From the UHGV virus genome UHGV-0135983: a DNA stretch of 35,851 bases; one strand, given 5' to 3'. Source of the stretch: a virus. The notes beneath the pieces were generated by a model, which was not told where the DNA came from, ran no database searches, and saw only the letters and a program-made list of their open reading frames with translations. Shown piece by piece: positions 18,185 through 27,331 of this stretch. Made by a program: the position numbers and the translations under genes. Position 1 is the stretch's first letter, and each line of letters opens with the position of its first letter.

Positions 18185-19806
18185 TAACCCCCCGCTACTC
18201 GTTGGCCCAGTGCTGCGCCTGCCTGCTGCCCTGCGGCGGTTGCCGCTTCGCTACCTGCCTGCATCATTAGCGCTTGCCCTGCCTGTTGCTGCTGCGCCTG
18301 CTGGCGCTGCTGGCGAAGTTGCTCGACGGCATCAGACGAGCGAATGACTTTCGCCGGTACGCCCAGCGCATCCGCTATCACGCGGGTCGCTTCGTCGGTG
18401 TCGATTAGGTCGGTGACTTCTGGTGATACCTGCGCCAGATTGGCCACGTTCGCGCCAAGGCGTTCAATAGCGGTGACGTTTTCCAGCTGCTGCGCGCGGG
18501 CAAGCGGCGAGATATAGCGCACGTTGAAATTGGCGTTTTGCAGGCTATCCGGCGCTGGCGGGAATACACCGGCGCGGAATGCCAGACCGAAACAGCGTTC
18601 TACCAGTGGTTGCAGGTATTCAGCCTGGAATCGGCCATAGACCGGGCCGAGCAGCTGGCGGATCAGCGCGACACGCACATGCACTTCGGTAGCGGTCATT
18701 GCCGGGCCGTCCTGCGGTTGCAGCTGGTCGGCCATCATGATTTTGCGGATCGACGCCTGCAGGCGTTCTTCTGCAGTAAACGCCACGTTGAAATCGGCGC
18801 CGGTGAGCAACGGTTTCATGCTGTCTACGCTGTTCGCCACGATGATGCGGCGCGGGCCGACCTTGACCGTGCGCGGATTGAGTACGCCGTCATCTTCGGC
18901 AATCCACATCCCGGCGATAGCCAGATCCTGCGCGGCTTTCTCCATGCGCTTCGTTTCGTTCAGCTCTTTGCAGTCCGGCAGCGCGTCGTATACCGGGCCG
19001 ATACCGTACGGCGTGCCGGGGATTTTCATCCAGCGCGGTACGCAGCAGGGGAATTCGTGATAGCCGGATTCGCGCACGATGAGCTTGCCGCTCACCTCCA
19101 CGTTGTACGATGCAAAGCGCAGGTTTTTAGCCAGGCGCGCATTCACCACGTAGTTTTCACGCGGGAAAATGCAGTGCAGGAAGTCGAATTTGTCATCCGG
19201 CTTTTTGGCGGCTGCGTCGCGAATCTTCTTGCTGACCTTATCCGCGCCGAATTCTTTAATCGCCTGCTCTGCGGTGAGCTGGTAGCGGCGATAAATCGTG
19301 TCCACGATGCCGTCGCGACGGGTGGAAGTGACAAAGCACTGCGCCAGCGGCCACTGCTGGAACGAGAATCCGCCCTCTTCGCGGTCTTCGTCGATGTACA
19401 GCGCAAACCAGCCAGCACACACCACATCGAGATTCACCTCGTAGCCTTCGGCGTCGAAATTGGCGGCGTGGATGTTTTCCCATACCAGCGTTGCGCAGGT
19501 GGACAACCACGCGGCGGCATCATCCGGCAGCGATTCGCTGTCGAGGTTCAGCCACTGCGCGTTTGCCGGGGTCATGCCGGACATGAGAGCAGACGCCAGC
19601 ATGCGGGCGCTGTCGGTGGCCGTGCCGTCAAGCAGCCGTGCCACCTTCGATTTCGCGCTCTGTGCGTCCAGCACCTCATCGGATAGCCCCGCGCCGCGCA
19701 GCGGATAGGTGTAGTCGTAGCATTCCCGCCAGACACTTTCGTGCACCTGTCGGTTGGCTTTCAGCGTATCGGCACGCTTAACCAGCTTTACGGCGAGTTC
19801 ATCCAT
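18184..19806 (-). CDS. portal / head-to-tail connector (T7 gp8-like)
   Basis: 540 aa (T7 gp8 is 536 aa); position upstream of scaffold and capsid. Confidence 0.75.
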   Translation of the reverse strand: MDELAVKLVKRADTLKANRQVHESVWRECYDYTYPLRGAGLSDEVLDAQSAKSKVARLLDGTATDSARMLASALMSGMTPANAQWLNLDSESLPDDAAAWLSTCATLVWENIHAANFDAEGYEVNLDVVCAGWFALYIDEDREEGGFSFQQWPLAQCFVTSTRRDGIVDTIYRRYQLTAEQAIKEFGADKVSKKIRDAAAKKPDDKFDFLHCIFPRENYVVNARLAKNLRFASYNVEVSGKLIVRESGYHEFPCCVPRWMKIPGTPYGIGPVYDALPDCKELNETKRMEKAAQDLAIAGMWIAEDDGVLNPRTVKVGPRRIIVANSVDSMKPLLTGADFNVAFTAEERLQASIRKIMMADQLQPQDGPAMTATEVHVRVALIRQLLGPVYGRFQAEYLQPLVERCFGLAFRAGVFPPAPDSLQNANFNVRYISPLARAQQLENVTAIERLGANVANLAQVSPEVTDLIDTDEATRVIADALGVPAKVIRSSDAVEQLRQQRQQAQQQQAGQALMMQAGSEAATAAGQQAGAALGQRVAGG

Positions 19807-19809
19807 CGA

Positions 19810-20031
19810 TTATGCCCCTAAGGTGTTTTTTGCTGCCTGGGCGCCAGAGGAAAGCAGGGATGAACCTGTATCCGTCGCGCCTTCTGCGCCGCTGGCCAGC
19901 AGGGATGATCCCTGTTTGCGCTTTTTGCGCGCTGCGGCGTCGGCGTTCGCTGCCTTTGCTGCGGCGTCGGCTGCTGCATCTGCCTCAGCCTGCGGATCCT
20001 GCTGTACAACTTTGGGTGCGCTACCACACAT
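19810..20031 (-). CDS. small virion protein (T7 gp6.7-like)
   Basis: 73 aa beginning MCGSAPK, Ala/Lys-rich, immediately upstream of portal. Confidence 0.45.
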   Translation of the reverse strand: MCGSAPKVVQQDPQAEADAAADAAAKAANADAAARKKRKQGSSLLASGAEGATDTGSSLLSSGAQAAKNTLGA

Positions 20032-20041
20032 AAAATTCTCC

Positions 20042-20491
20042 TTAGCCCGGAACGTGCCAGCCGTGTTCGGTTAATACGGGTGCGCCGCGTACCGGCTGCG
20101 GCTTGCCCTCTTCGTTCGTCACCATTGCGCCCGTACCGCCGGTGGTAGCCTCAGTGGCTTTACGTACGAGGGTGAGGAATTCGAGATTGTCGGTAAGACT
20201 CTGGTCGTTCAGATCGGTAAAGCCCAGCTCTTCGAAGCGGGCAACGATGGTGGCGCCCTGCGCATTGAGTGTGCCAAGAATGGCGTTGCGCTCGGCCAGT
20301 GCGGTCGCGCCCAGCAACGTCGCAACGTTCTGCTGCACGGTCTGTTCGTCGCTACCGTTACCCTGCTGCTGCGCGCCGTTCTGTTCAGCAGTAATTAATT
20401 GCCCCTCTGTAACGAGCGTTTTTTCTTCCGGCGCCGTTTTTTCCTGCCCCGGCGTCTCAACGATTTTTTTCGGTCGAGCCATTTTTTTCAC
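20042..20491 (-). CDS. hypothetical protein at head of structural module
   Basis: 149 aa, Lys-rich N-terminus, Gln/Thr-rich; no motif recognised. Confidence 0.4.
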   Translation of the reverse strand: MKKMARPKKIVETPGQEKTAPEEKTLVTEGQLITAEQNGAQQQGNGSDEQTVQQNVATLLGATALAERNAILGTLNAQGATIVARFEELGFTDLNDQSLTDNLEFLTLVRKATEATTGGTGAMVTNEEGKPQPVRGAPVLTEHGWHVPG

Positions 20492-20509
20492 TCCTGAATT
20501 AGTGAGTCG

Positions 20510-20806
20510 TCATTGTGTGTTGCCCTTCTGGTCAGTTTCCCGACCAAAAACAGGGCGGCGGAACGTCCACCACTGCCGATAAAGCACTGTGGGGAGTTTT
20601 TTACGGTCTGAGCTGGTAGCCAGACACCAGAGAGCGATAAGTGCCTCACCGTGACCGTGGCGAGGTTCTGATCCGGATTTCCAACCGAGAACGGCAGATT
20701 TCGAAACGCCAAGTTCATCGGCGATTTGCTGAGTGGTGAGGTTTTTTCGTGTCAGGTCAGTAATGACTCTGAACCAGTCTGTACGGAAGGTGGCGACCAG
20801 CGGCAT
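20510..20806 (-). CDS. HTH DNA-binding protein (possible late regulator)
   Basis: 98 aa; helix-turn-helix-like LTTQQIADELGVSKSAVLGW; AGGGGG RBS. Confidence 0.5.
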   Translation of the reverse strand: MPLVATFRTDWFRVITDLTRKNLTTQQIADELGVSKSAVLGWKSGSEPRHGHGEALIALWCLATSSDRKKLPTVLYRQWWTFRRPVFGRETDQKGNTQ

Positions 20807-20961
20807 AAATCAGCCCCCTAAACGCGCGCGTGCGCGAGCATAGAGAAGGGCAAAATCGCCGCCCGCCAGAATGAAAAAGGAGCCTGAACAGAATTTCATG
20901 CTTTCCGGACGCGCTGGCCAACCGCATTTTTTAGCGTTATCTGCTGCTCCTAGAGACGGAA

Positions 20962-21264
20962 TTAAATTCTGCATAAGCGTAATTCCTTTACCTCGCTAGT
21001 GACCTGTTCGAGCAATTCAGTCTCCGTTCCGTAGTTTTCTTCCCATGTTTTTTGCCCTGCGTGGATAGCTACGCCGTGTCCGCCGGTTCTGTGGTGTGGA
21101 GGGCAAAGCGGGAGAGTTTCTTTGTGGTCGGCGCGCTGGGCTATGCCCTGCCCTTTGCGGATATGGTGAACCTCTGCAGGTGTAGCGCCGTAGCCAAGAT
21201 TTCTGCATACGACGCAACCCAGTGATGCAACGTCTTCCAGCCAGCGTTTATCGTCTTTGGTCAT
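20962..21264 (-). CDS. HNH/zinc-binding nuclease-like protein (Ref/DUF968-like)
   Basis: 100 aa with CVVC...HHIR...CPPHH Cys/His motifs. Confidence 0.5.
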   Translation of the reverse strand: MTKDDKRWLEDVASLGCVVCRNLGYGATPAEVHHIRKGQGIAQRADHKETLPLCPPHHRTGGHGVAIHAGQKTWEENYGTETELLEQVTSEVKELRLCRI

Positions 21265-21275
21265 GGCGATATTTC

Positions 21276-21872
21276 TCAGGCGGCATAGCTGAATAATTGC
21301 GAGGCTGCGTTTTCTGCTGCCTGCTGATTGGGGAATGTGCGGAATAAAATAAAATTCCAGAGGACGTCTAATACGGATTTATACAGCTGAGAAAATTCTA
21401 CATCGTCCATTTTTGCGAACGATATGGATTTGGGTTCCTTGCGGGTAGTGCCATCAGGCATCTGGTATTCGGTATAAAAACCGGCTTCGATAGTTACCCA
21501 GGAACGGAACGCTTCAAACGATTTAACCGCACTAATATTTCCGGCGCGTTTTTCTGCTTCATCGCGGAGATACTGATCAGCCAGTTCCTGCAATGTGTCG
21601 GCATGCCCGGCATAGTGGGCCACCAGCTGCACGTAACCACGAACCAGTTTTTTATCGGCTGGCGATATTGCACCGCCGGAAGGTTGCCAGTAATCAAATC
21701 CCAGATTCAGGAGGGCAAAAAATTTGCGGTGGAACGCCGGGTTTCTTGCCTGCTTAAAATCCGCATACAGAATACCGCCCATGCGAACTTTTTTTTCTAA
21801 GAATTCGCGGGCGTCAGGCGTTGCTGGAATTAATACACCGCCAGGTGCTTTTACAAAAGAATACTGCGCCAT
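21276..21872 (-). CDS. hypothetical phage protein (nin-region-like)
   Basis: 198 aa ORF, no motif recognised. Confidence 0.4.
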   Translation of the reverse strand: MAQYSFVKAPGGVLIPATPDAREFLEKKVRMGGILYADFKQARNPAFHRKFFALLNLGFDYWQPSGGAISPADKKLVRGYVQLVAHYAGHADTLQELADQYLRDEAEKRAGNISAVKSFEAFRSWVTIEAGFYTEYQMPDGTTRKEPKSISFAKMDDVEFSQLYKSVLDVLWNFILFRTFPNQQAAENAASQLFSYAA

Positions 21873-21940
21873 TGGGTTCCCCTTTAGCGCAGCAATTGTT
21901 CAGAATTACATGGTGTTGGGTGTTCAGGCCAACGGGGTAA

Positions 21941-22201
21941 TTATAGCATATTGCCGTCTGGTTTGATAATGGTATAACCAGTCAATTTAGCTAATTCAAA
22001 CAACGCGTTAAGTGTCGCTACGTGCTCATCGGAATGGACGATTCTCGTCTTCTTAATTTTGCCCTTTTTACATGTTATCAGCACATCACCATCATCGGGG
22101 AGAAGGTCTCCTGCATCTTTCTTATCAATCACTACCTCTCCCTCGCTGATAATACTGTATAAATTCACAGTATATATACTACCAACTGACAGTGAGCGCA
22201 A
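21941..22201 (-). CDS. hypothetical small protein (AT-rich)
   Basis: 86 aa ORF in lower-GC segment. Confidence 0.35.
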   Translation of the reverse strand: MRSLSVGSIYTVNLYSIISEGEVVIDKKDAGDLLPDDGDVLITCKKGKIKKTRIVHSDEHVATLNALFELAKLTGYTIIKPDGNML

Positions 22202-22261
22202 ACTTTTAAGAGCACGAATCGTTAAAAATCAACAATAAAACTGAAAATATCCGTTTGAATT

Positions 22262-22295
22262 CAAAAGAAAACCGCCATTTCTGGCGGTTCTGTTT
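22262..22295 (-). terminator. intrinsic terminator (hairpin with T-runs on both strands)
   Basis: ACCGCCATTTCTGGCGGT hairpin; - strand followed by TTTTCTTTTG, + strand by TTCTGTTTTAT. Confidence 0.5.
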
Positions 22296-22314
22296 TATCT
22301 GGTATGGTTGTTCG

Positions 22315-22653
22315 CTATGCTGACAATTTAGTTTCGTGCCACCCTCGCGTTACCCAGCATTTCGAATCACCAGCGCACGGGCAGGAGGTGATCGGCAGCG
22401 ACTCACCGCATTTTCTACACAGACGTTTGCTGATCGATTTGATATGGCCACTAAGCCGCGCATCATCCTGACGGATCAGCATAGATATATACTCGGCCAG
22501 TTCGTACGGTTCACGGCCCGGGCGCCGGGCGGCGCAGTTACGCGCCAGCATGTCCATTTCCTGCGCATCGAGAACCAGCTCAATTTTCCGGTTGCCGGCG
22601 GCAGATTGCCGCGCCCTCTGCGCGGCTTTACGTTCTGCGGATGATTTAGCCAT
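22315..22653 (-). CDS. hypothetical protein, RHH-like N-terminus and Cys-rich C-terminus
   Basis: 112 aa; KIELVLDAQEMDMLARN strand-helix pattern; C-terminal CRKCG...CPCAGDSKC. Confidence 0.45.
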   Translation of the reverse strand: MAKSSAERKAAQRARQSAAGNRKIELVLDAQEMDMLARNCAARRPGREPYELAEYISMLIRQDDARLSGHIKSISKRLCRKCGESLPITSCPCAGDSKCWVTRGWHETKLSA

Positions 22654-22686
22654 AAATCACCTTCTCGCAGCACTTACAGCATTTTG

Positions 22687-23520
22687 TCATGCTGCACGCT
22701 CCTGTTTCTGTTGTGCTGCAGGGTTAAGCCAGAGGCATTCAGTACGGACTTTCGTACCGCGCCCGGCACTGATGCGCGATGCTTTCTCGGTCTTCGCCCA
22801 GCCGGATAGCATGTCGTTGTAGACATCAGTGTCGTAACCGCTAATCATCACCATGCCTTTCATCGTTCTGGACACAGCGAGCAATTGCTCATGCCCTTCA
22901 ACGGTCATTTCATGGTTGTAATAACGATTTTTCTGCACTCGTGTTTCCGGCATATATGGCGGATCGATGTAATGCAGCGTCGTTTCTGCGTCGTGGGCGC
23001 GCATTACCGCCAGAGCGTCTTTGTTCTCGATGATGACTCCTTGAAGGCGCTGACAGACAACAGCGAGATTAGCCGGGTAACGCTCCCATAGATGCGCCGC
23101 CGTAGCGTATTTGCGTTTGCTGTCGCTGCGGAAGCCGGATTGACCGCCGATACCTGCGGCAGAGCCGAACCCCATACAGGCACGAACCACCATGCGGCGG
23201 GCGCGTTCGATAGGGTCAGTGGCTGGTTGCTGAGCGTGACAGAACTCATCGCGTGAATACGGGGTCAGGCAACAGGCATCCTGCAGGCGCTGGTTTAATT
23301 CAGGGTCGCGCAATACACGAAACAGGTTCACCACCTCGCCGTCGAGATCGTTGTACACCTCTGAATAGCTACGCGCTTTTTGTAGCAATACGCCAGCAGC
23401 CCCGCCGAACGGTTCGACATAGCAGACGTGTTCCGGCATCTGCTCGATAATCCAGTGTGCCAGTCGGAATTTCCCGCCGTGATATCTGATTACAGGATGC
23501 CTGATTTTTTTTTCAATCAT
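22687..23520 (-). CDS. Dam-type DNA N6-adenine methyltransferase
   Basis: 277 aa; YHGGK, FGGAAGV (AdoMet motif I) and DPPY (motif IV); A9 homopolymer in codons 3-6. Confidence 0.85.
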   Translation of the reverse strand: MIEKKIRHPVIRYHGGKFRLAHWIIEQMPEHVCYVEPFGGAAGVLLQKARSYSEVYNDLDGEVVNLFRVLRDPELNQRLQDACCLTPYSRDEFCHAQQPATDPIERARRMVVRACMGFGSAAGIGGQSGFRSDSKRKYATAAHLWERYPANLAVVCQRLQGVIIENKDALAVMRAHDAETTLHYIDPPYMPETRVQKNRYYNHEMTVEGHEQLLAVSRTMKGMVMISGYDTDVYNDMLSGWAKTEKASRISAGRGTKVRTECLWLNPAAQQKQERAA

Positions 23521-23699
23521 TGATCATCACCCCATTCGTCATAAAAAAAATCATCAACTCGCTTATATGCCTCGTAAGCGGCTTCAATCTCCATTTCTGT
23601 GATATCGAATGATTTACCATTTAATTCGACGATTAATTCCAGCGCGTCGCCCCAATCTTCGAGCGACGCGGTTCTTTTGGTTGCGCTAAAATCTGCCAT
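23517..23699 (-). CDS. hypothetical small acidic protein
   Basis: 60 aa, coupled between the two methyltransferase genes. Confidence 0.4.
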   Translation of the reverse strand: MADFSATKRTASLEDWGDALELIVELNGKSFDITEMEIEAAYEAYKRVDDFFYDEWGDDQ

Positions 23700-24290
23700 C
23701 TATGCTACCTCCCCGATATATTCTGCAATGCCCGGCAGCAGCGCCACCGCTGGCGATTCACACTGGTTGCCCCACACGTCGAAACCATGCGACGACTGGC
23801 GGGCGAATAACTCAATACGCGGTACATCGCCCAGCAGCTGCACCAGCTTTTCGCGCACGATATCCGGTTTGCGCGAATGCTCCAGACGCGGGGCCGTGAA
23901 TGACTGAACGATCCCGGCATCCAGCCGGGCGGGTAATTTCCCCTGCACAGCGAAAAGGCAATCTTCACTGTTCGCCCTGGTCATATGGCCCATTCCTATG
24001 GCCAGTTTGTCGGTCTGCCGGCTGTAGCATTTGTTCCACGTAAAGCCTTTCATGGTCATCAGGCGGAAGCCCCACGCCTCGACTACTCGCAACGCCTCCA
24101 GCGGCTGAGTCGGTACCCACCACATAGCCAGCAGGCAGTTTTCAGCGGCCAGTTCCCAGACCGGAAGACGGCAGATATCGAGCACAGTCATGGTCTGGTA
24201 TTTATGCCCGACGCCACGCTCGCCATCTTTGGCTTTATCGCGGTACGTCCAGGGCGGATCGCAATAAATTAAAGTGTATTTTTCATTCAT
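23700..24290 (-). CDS. MT-A70-family DNA N6-adenine methyltransferase
   Basis: 196 aa; IYCDPPW catalytic motif; start overlaps upstream stop as TAATG. Confidence 0.8.
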   Translation of the reverse strand: MNEKYTLIYCDPPWTYRDKAKDGERGVGHKYQTMTVLDICRLPVWELAAENCLLAMWWVPTQPLEALRVVEAWGFRLMTMKGFTWNKCYSRQTDKLAIGMGHMTRANSEDCLFAVQGKLPARLDAGIVQSFTAPRLEHSRKPDIVREKLVQLLGDVPRIELFARQSSHGFDVWGNQCESPAVALLPGIAEYIGEVA

Positions 24291-24817
24291 TATTTCGAAT
24301 CCTTAATAATATTGGCAACACGATTAAATGATTCATACGTTTCAATGTTTCTTGAGAAATTAAGGAGCCTTGTCTTACCAGATGGATAAACCCGACCTGA
24401 ATAAGTCTTGTTCTGCGTTCTAAATTCAATTGTTTGTTTTATAGAACCAATATTTTTATCACTAACAATCTCACTAGCAGCCATAAAACCCACTTTTTCC
24501 TCTTCAATTACAACGAACGCGTAAAAGTCACAGGAACCATAATTAGTTGCTCTGCAAGTTCCTTTCCCTGTTCTGGTGCTGAACCGAAAAACATTCTTCG
24601 ACTTTCCATAGTCGCGCATACACAAGGTTGTTCTGACTTGCCCTCTTAATAAATACTCGCCAGATTGAACAACTATATCGTATGGCAATCCTTGGTCTGA
24701 GGGGAAACATATAAAACCCTGCTTACTGAGTTTAAATATGGCGTAATACTCACCACATTTGCCAAGTTCTAACTCGCTCGAAAAATCGCTTATGTTTATA
24801 TCAATAGTCCCATTCAC
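24290..24817 (-). CDS. AT-rich hypothetical protein with Hjc/PD-(D/E)xK-like N-terminal pattern
   Basis: 175 aa; G-x-x-GE...LxxxGF...YDIVV...QVR spacing resembles archaeal-type Holliday-junction-resolvase fold with ExK replaced by QVR; GC well below flanks. Confidence 0.5.
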   Translation of the reverse strand: MNGTIDINISDFSSELELGKCGEYYAIFKLSKQGFICFPSDQGLPYDIVVQSGEYLLRGQVRTTLCMRDYGKSKNVFRFSTRTGKGTCRATNYGSCDFYAFVVIEEEKVGFMAASEIVSDKNIGSIKQTIEFRTQNKTYSGRVYPSGKTRLLNFSRNIETYESFNRVANIIKDSK

Positions 24818-24984
24818 GCCAGCACCCCGCTACTGCGGAGATATTCCAGCGCCCACTGCGCAACCTCACATCCAGCCCATATCAGAGCGATAATGACTAT
24901 CCAGCCAACCACGTTTGCACTGAGTACAAACAGCATCAGCGTCCTGCGGCTGCAATGCATAAAATCAGGTGTTGAAAATTTCAT
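24814..24984 (-). CDS. small membrane protein
   Basis: Start at MKFSTPDF overlapping upstream stop as ATGA; one hydrophobic helix LMLFVLSANVVGWIVIIALIWA. Confidence 0.4.
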   Translation of the reverse strand: MKFSTPDFMHCSRRTLMLFVLSANVVGWIVIIALIWAGCEVAQWALEYLRSSGVLA

Positions 24985-25214
24985 GTCCGCTTCTCCCGCC
25001 AAAAATTTAATCGTTCTTTGAAAAACTCTCGGTAGCTTTCCGGCGTCGCTGCAATCTGCTCAACGATGGCCTGTCGAGTAACTTTCTTCTCGAACAGCTG
25101 GCGTATGAGTGCCGAGGCGCGCATGTCGTAGTGCTCTTTGATCTGGCACTCCTGCGGCCATTTGGCGCGATTGAGCGGTAAGCCGGGCGGCAAGTAATCT
25201 GATTGCCCGGCCAT
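24981..25214 (-). CDS. hypothetical small protein
   Basis: 77 aa ORF with AGAGGG RBS. Confidence 0.4.
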   Translation of the reverse strand: MAGQSDYLPPGLPLNRAKWPQECQIKEHYDMRASALIRQLFEKKVTRQAIVEQIAATPESYREFFKERLNFWREKRT

Positions 25215-25217
25215 GCC

Positions 25218-25886
25218 TTATGCCCTCTTGTTCTTCGCTGACTCGATGTAATAACGGGGATCAACGCTGTTAAGCGTGAAGTGAACCACCGGCATATCGT
25301 CGTGACGGGTGATACCCACGTAATTCGACATGAACATGCCGAACACGCGATCGTGAAGTTCTTTAATCGTCACCTGACAATCTGGATAGTGCTTCTGGAT
25401 TAATGCCAGGATGCCCTGGTAAGAAAGCGTTTTGCCTTTCATCACGGCTACCAGCTGCTGCGCGGTGACGCTCCCGGCGTCCTGCTGTTCGTCGCTGGCC
25501 TGCAATGGGCGGATACTCTCCAGCACCAGACGGTGACGGCCAATACTGCCGACGCGCTGGCCCGTTTTTTTATCGAAATGCTCATTGGAGCCAGCAGACC
25601 AGACGGTCGCACCTTCGCTAAGGCGAACGCTTTTTTCACCTCTGGAATAAATCACGGTGCCGATGTGGGTTTTACGCCTGCGGCCGGAAACCGTAGGGGC
25701 GATAATTTCACGCTTAATCGGTTTTTGCGGGGTGATGCCGGGTACAGGGGCCGGACGTGGCGCCGCTACGAACACGGAACGGCTACGGGCGCGCGCGCCG
25801 GCGTTCATGCGCCAGAGAATAACGGGGAGCCAGTTGCAGCCATCATCCGGTTTTACTGGTTTTGGGTAATTTAAATTCGTGGTCAT
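25218..25886 (-). CDS. hypothetical protein (early region)
   Basis: 222 aa; start codon directly preceded by CCGAGGAAAGACCA. Confidence 0.5.
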   Translation of the reverse strand: MTTNLNYPKPVKPDDGCNWLPVILWRMNAGARARSRSVFVAAPRPAPVPGITPQKPIKREIIAPTVSGRRRKTHIGTVIYSRGEKSVRLSEGATVWSAGSNEHFDKKTGQRVGSIGRHRLVLESIRPLQASDEQQDAGSVTAQQLVAVMKGKTLSYQGILALIQKHYPDCQVTIKELHDRVFGMFMSNYVGITRHDDMPVVHFTLNSVDPRYYIESAKNKRA

Positions 25887-25924
25887 TGGTCTTTCCTCGG
25901 TTAAATCGCGCTGGTCAGGCGCGG

Positions 25925-27331
25925 TTAAAATGCATCGGTATTGAATTTCTCAGAGTATTTACGGGGTTGTTTCCGGGGTTTCGCGGCCTCCAGTTGGATA
26001 CGTGTTTTCTCTTTGCCAACATGCTGATCCATTGACAGAAAGTGTCCGTTTTTAAATTCCTGATAAATAATTGCTCCTGCGGCGCTGAAGCGGCTTTTAC
26101 CCAGGATAATTTCAGCGACGCCAGCCGCCGGGCTTTCCGGGTTGTAAACCTCATCGCGGTACAGAAACATGATGCTGTCGGCGTCCTGCTCAATGGATCC
26201 GGAATCACGCAGGTCTGACATGACCGGGCGACGCTGAGCCGCAGGGCGGGAATCGACGGCGCGGGAAAGCTGGCTAAGCGCGAACGTCGGCGTATGCAGG
26301 CGCATAGCCATAGTTTTTAGGTTTCGGGATATGTGGGCGATCGCAAGGTCGTTACGCTCTGCCTTCGGTTTTTTAATCAGGCCAACGTAATCGACAACGA
26401 TCATCGCCAGATGCGGATACCGGCGCTTATGCGTTTCGGCAACGGCGCGGATTTGCTCAATCGTCAGATCGGTAGCATCAACGATCCAGATATCGCGCCC
26501 GTTCATGGTCTCCATGGCCGCTGTAAAGCGCGCCCAGTCCTCGTCCTGCATATCGAGGGGATTACGCAGGCGTGACACTGACATGTTTCCAGAACCCGCC
26601 AGAGAGCGTTCTACGATTTGCGCAGCGGCCATTTCCATGCTGAATATCAACGCGCCACCGCCGGCAGCGGTAACACCATCGACAATCTTCAGCGCAAATT
26701 CTGTTTTACCCATACCCGGACGCCCAGCGACGACAATCAAATCCTGCAGGTTAATTCCGCCGGTCGCATCGTCCAGTTCCTCGATCCCGGTTTTCAGGTT
26801 TCGGGTGCCCTCTTCGCCGTCCATGCGCTTCTGCATGGTTTCCATGTACACCGGCAATAATTCGCTCATGTGTACCGGCTGCACGTCGCCAGTGTCGCCG
26901 GTCATGTCCAGCAGCTGCGCAACGGCAGTTTCGACAACCTGATCGCGCTGTTCCTGGTTTATCGCATCACGAATACCATCCGCACCATCCTGCAGTAATT
27001 GCGCGATGGTTCTGCTTCGCCAGGCCTTAACCATTTTTTTGGCGTAGCCTTTGAGATTGACAATCGATGTCGGGAATTTGCAAATATCGGCGAGATTGGC
27101 CAGCGTCCCCTGTCCGCCAATGGCTTCGCTAATGTACATCATGTCAATTAAGCCGCCGCTCAAGGCCTGCGCTTTGATCACACCGTAAATCTGCCTGTAG
27201 TATGCGACGCTGAAAGCTTCGCTCGGAGTGCTGGCAATCACATCAAAGGCGTCTGGCGTGGCGCCACCGTTCATCAGGCAGCCAAGAACCAGACATTCCA
27301 GCTCCTGAGTGGAATACATCATCTGCATCAT
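25925..27331 (-). CDS. replicative DNA helicase (DnaB family)
   Basis: 468 aa; Walker A GRPGMGKTEFALK; DnaB-like C-terminal blocks; overlaps initiator stop. Confidence 0.85.
   Translation of the reverse strand: MMQMMYSTQELECLVLGCLMNGGATPDAFDVIASTPSEAFSVAYYRQIYGVIKAQALSGGLIDMMYISEAIGGQGTLANLADICKFPTSIVNLKGYAKKMVKAWRSRTIAQLLQDGADGIRDAINQEQRDQVVETAVAQLLDMTGDTGDVQPVHMSELLPVYMETMQKRMDGEEGTRNLKTGIEELDDATGGINLQDLIVVAGRPGMGKTEFALKIVDGVTAAGGGALIFSMEMAAAQIVERSLAGSGNMSVSRLRNPLDMQDEDWARFTAAMETMNGRDIWIVDATDLTIEQIRAVAETHKRRYPHLAMIVVDYVGLIKKPKAERNDLAIAHISRNLKTMAMRLHTPTFALSQLSRAVDSRPAAQRRPVMSDLRDSGSIEQDADSIMFLYRDEVYNPESPAAGVAEIILGKSRFSAAGAIIYQEFKNGHFLSMDQHVGKEKTRIQLEAAKPRKQPRKYSEKFNTDAF

Noticed and set aside
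18538-19686. 382-aa ORF on the + strand
   Set aside because: Lies entirely antisense within the portal gene in GC-rich DNA; Arg/Ala/His-rich low-complexity translation typical of a shadow ORF.
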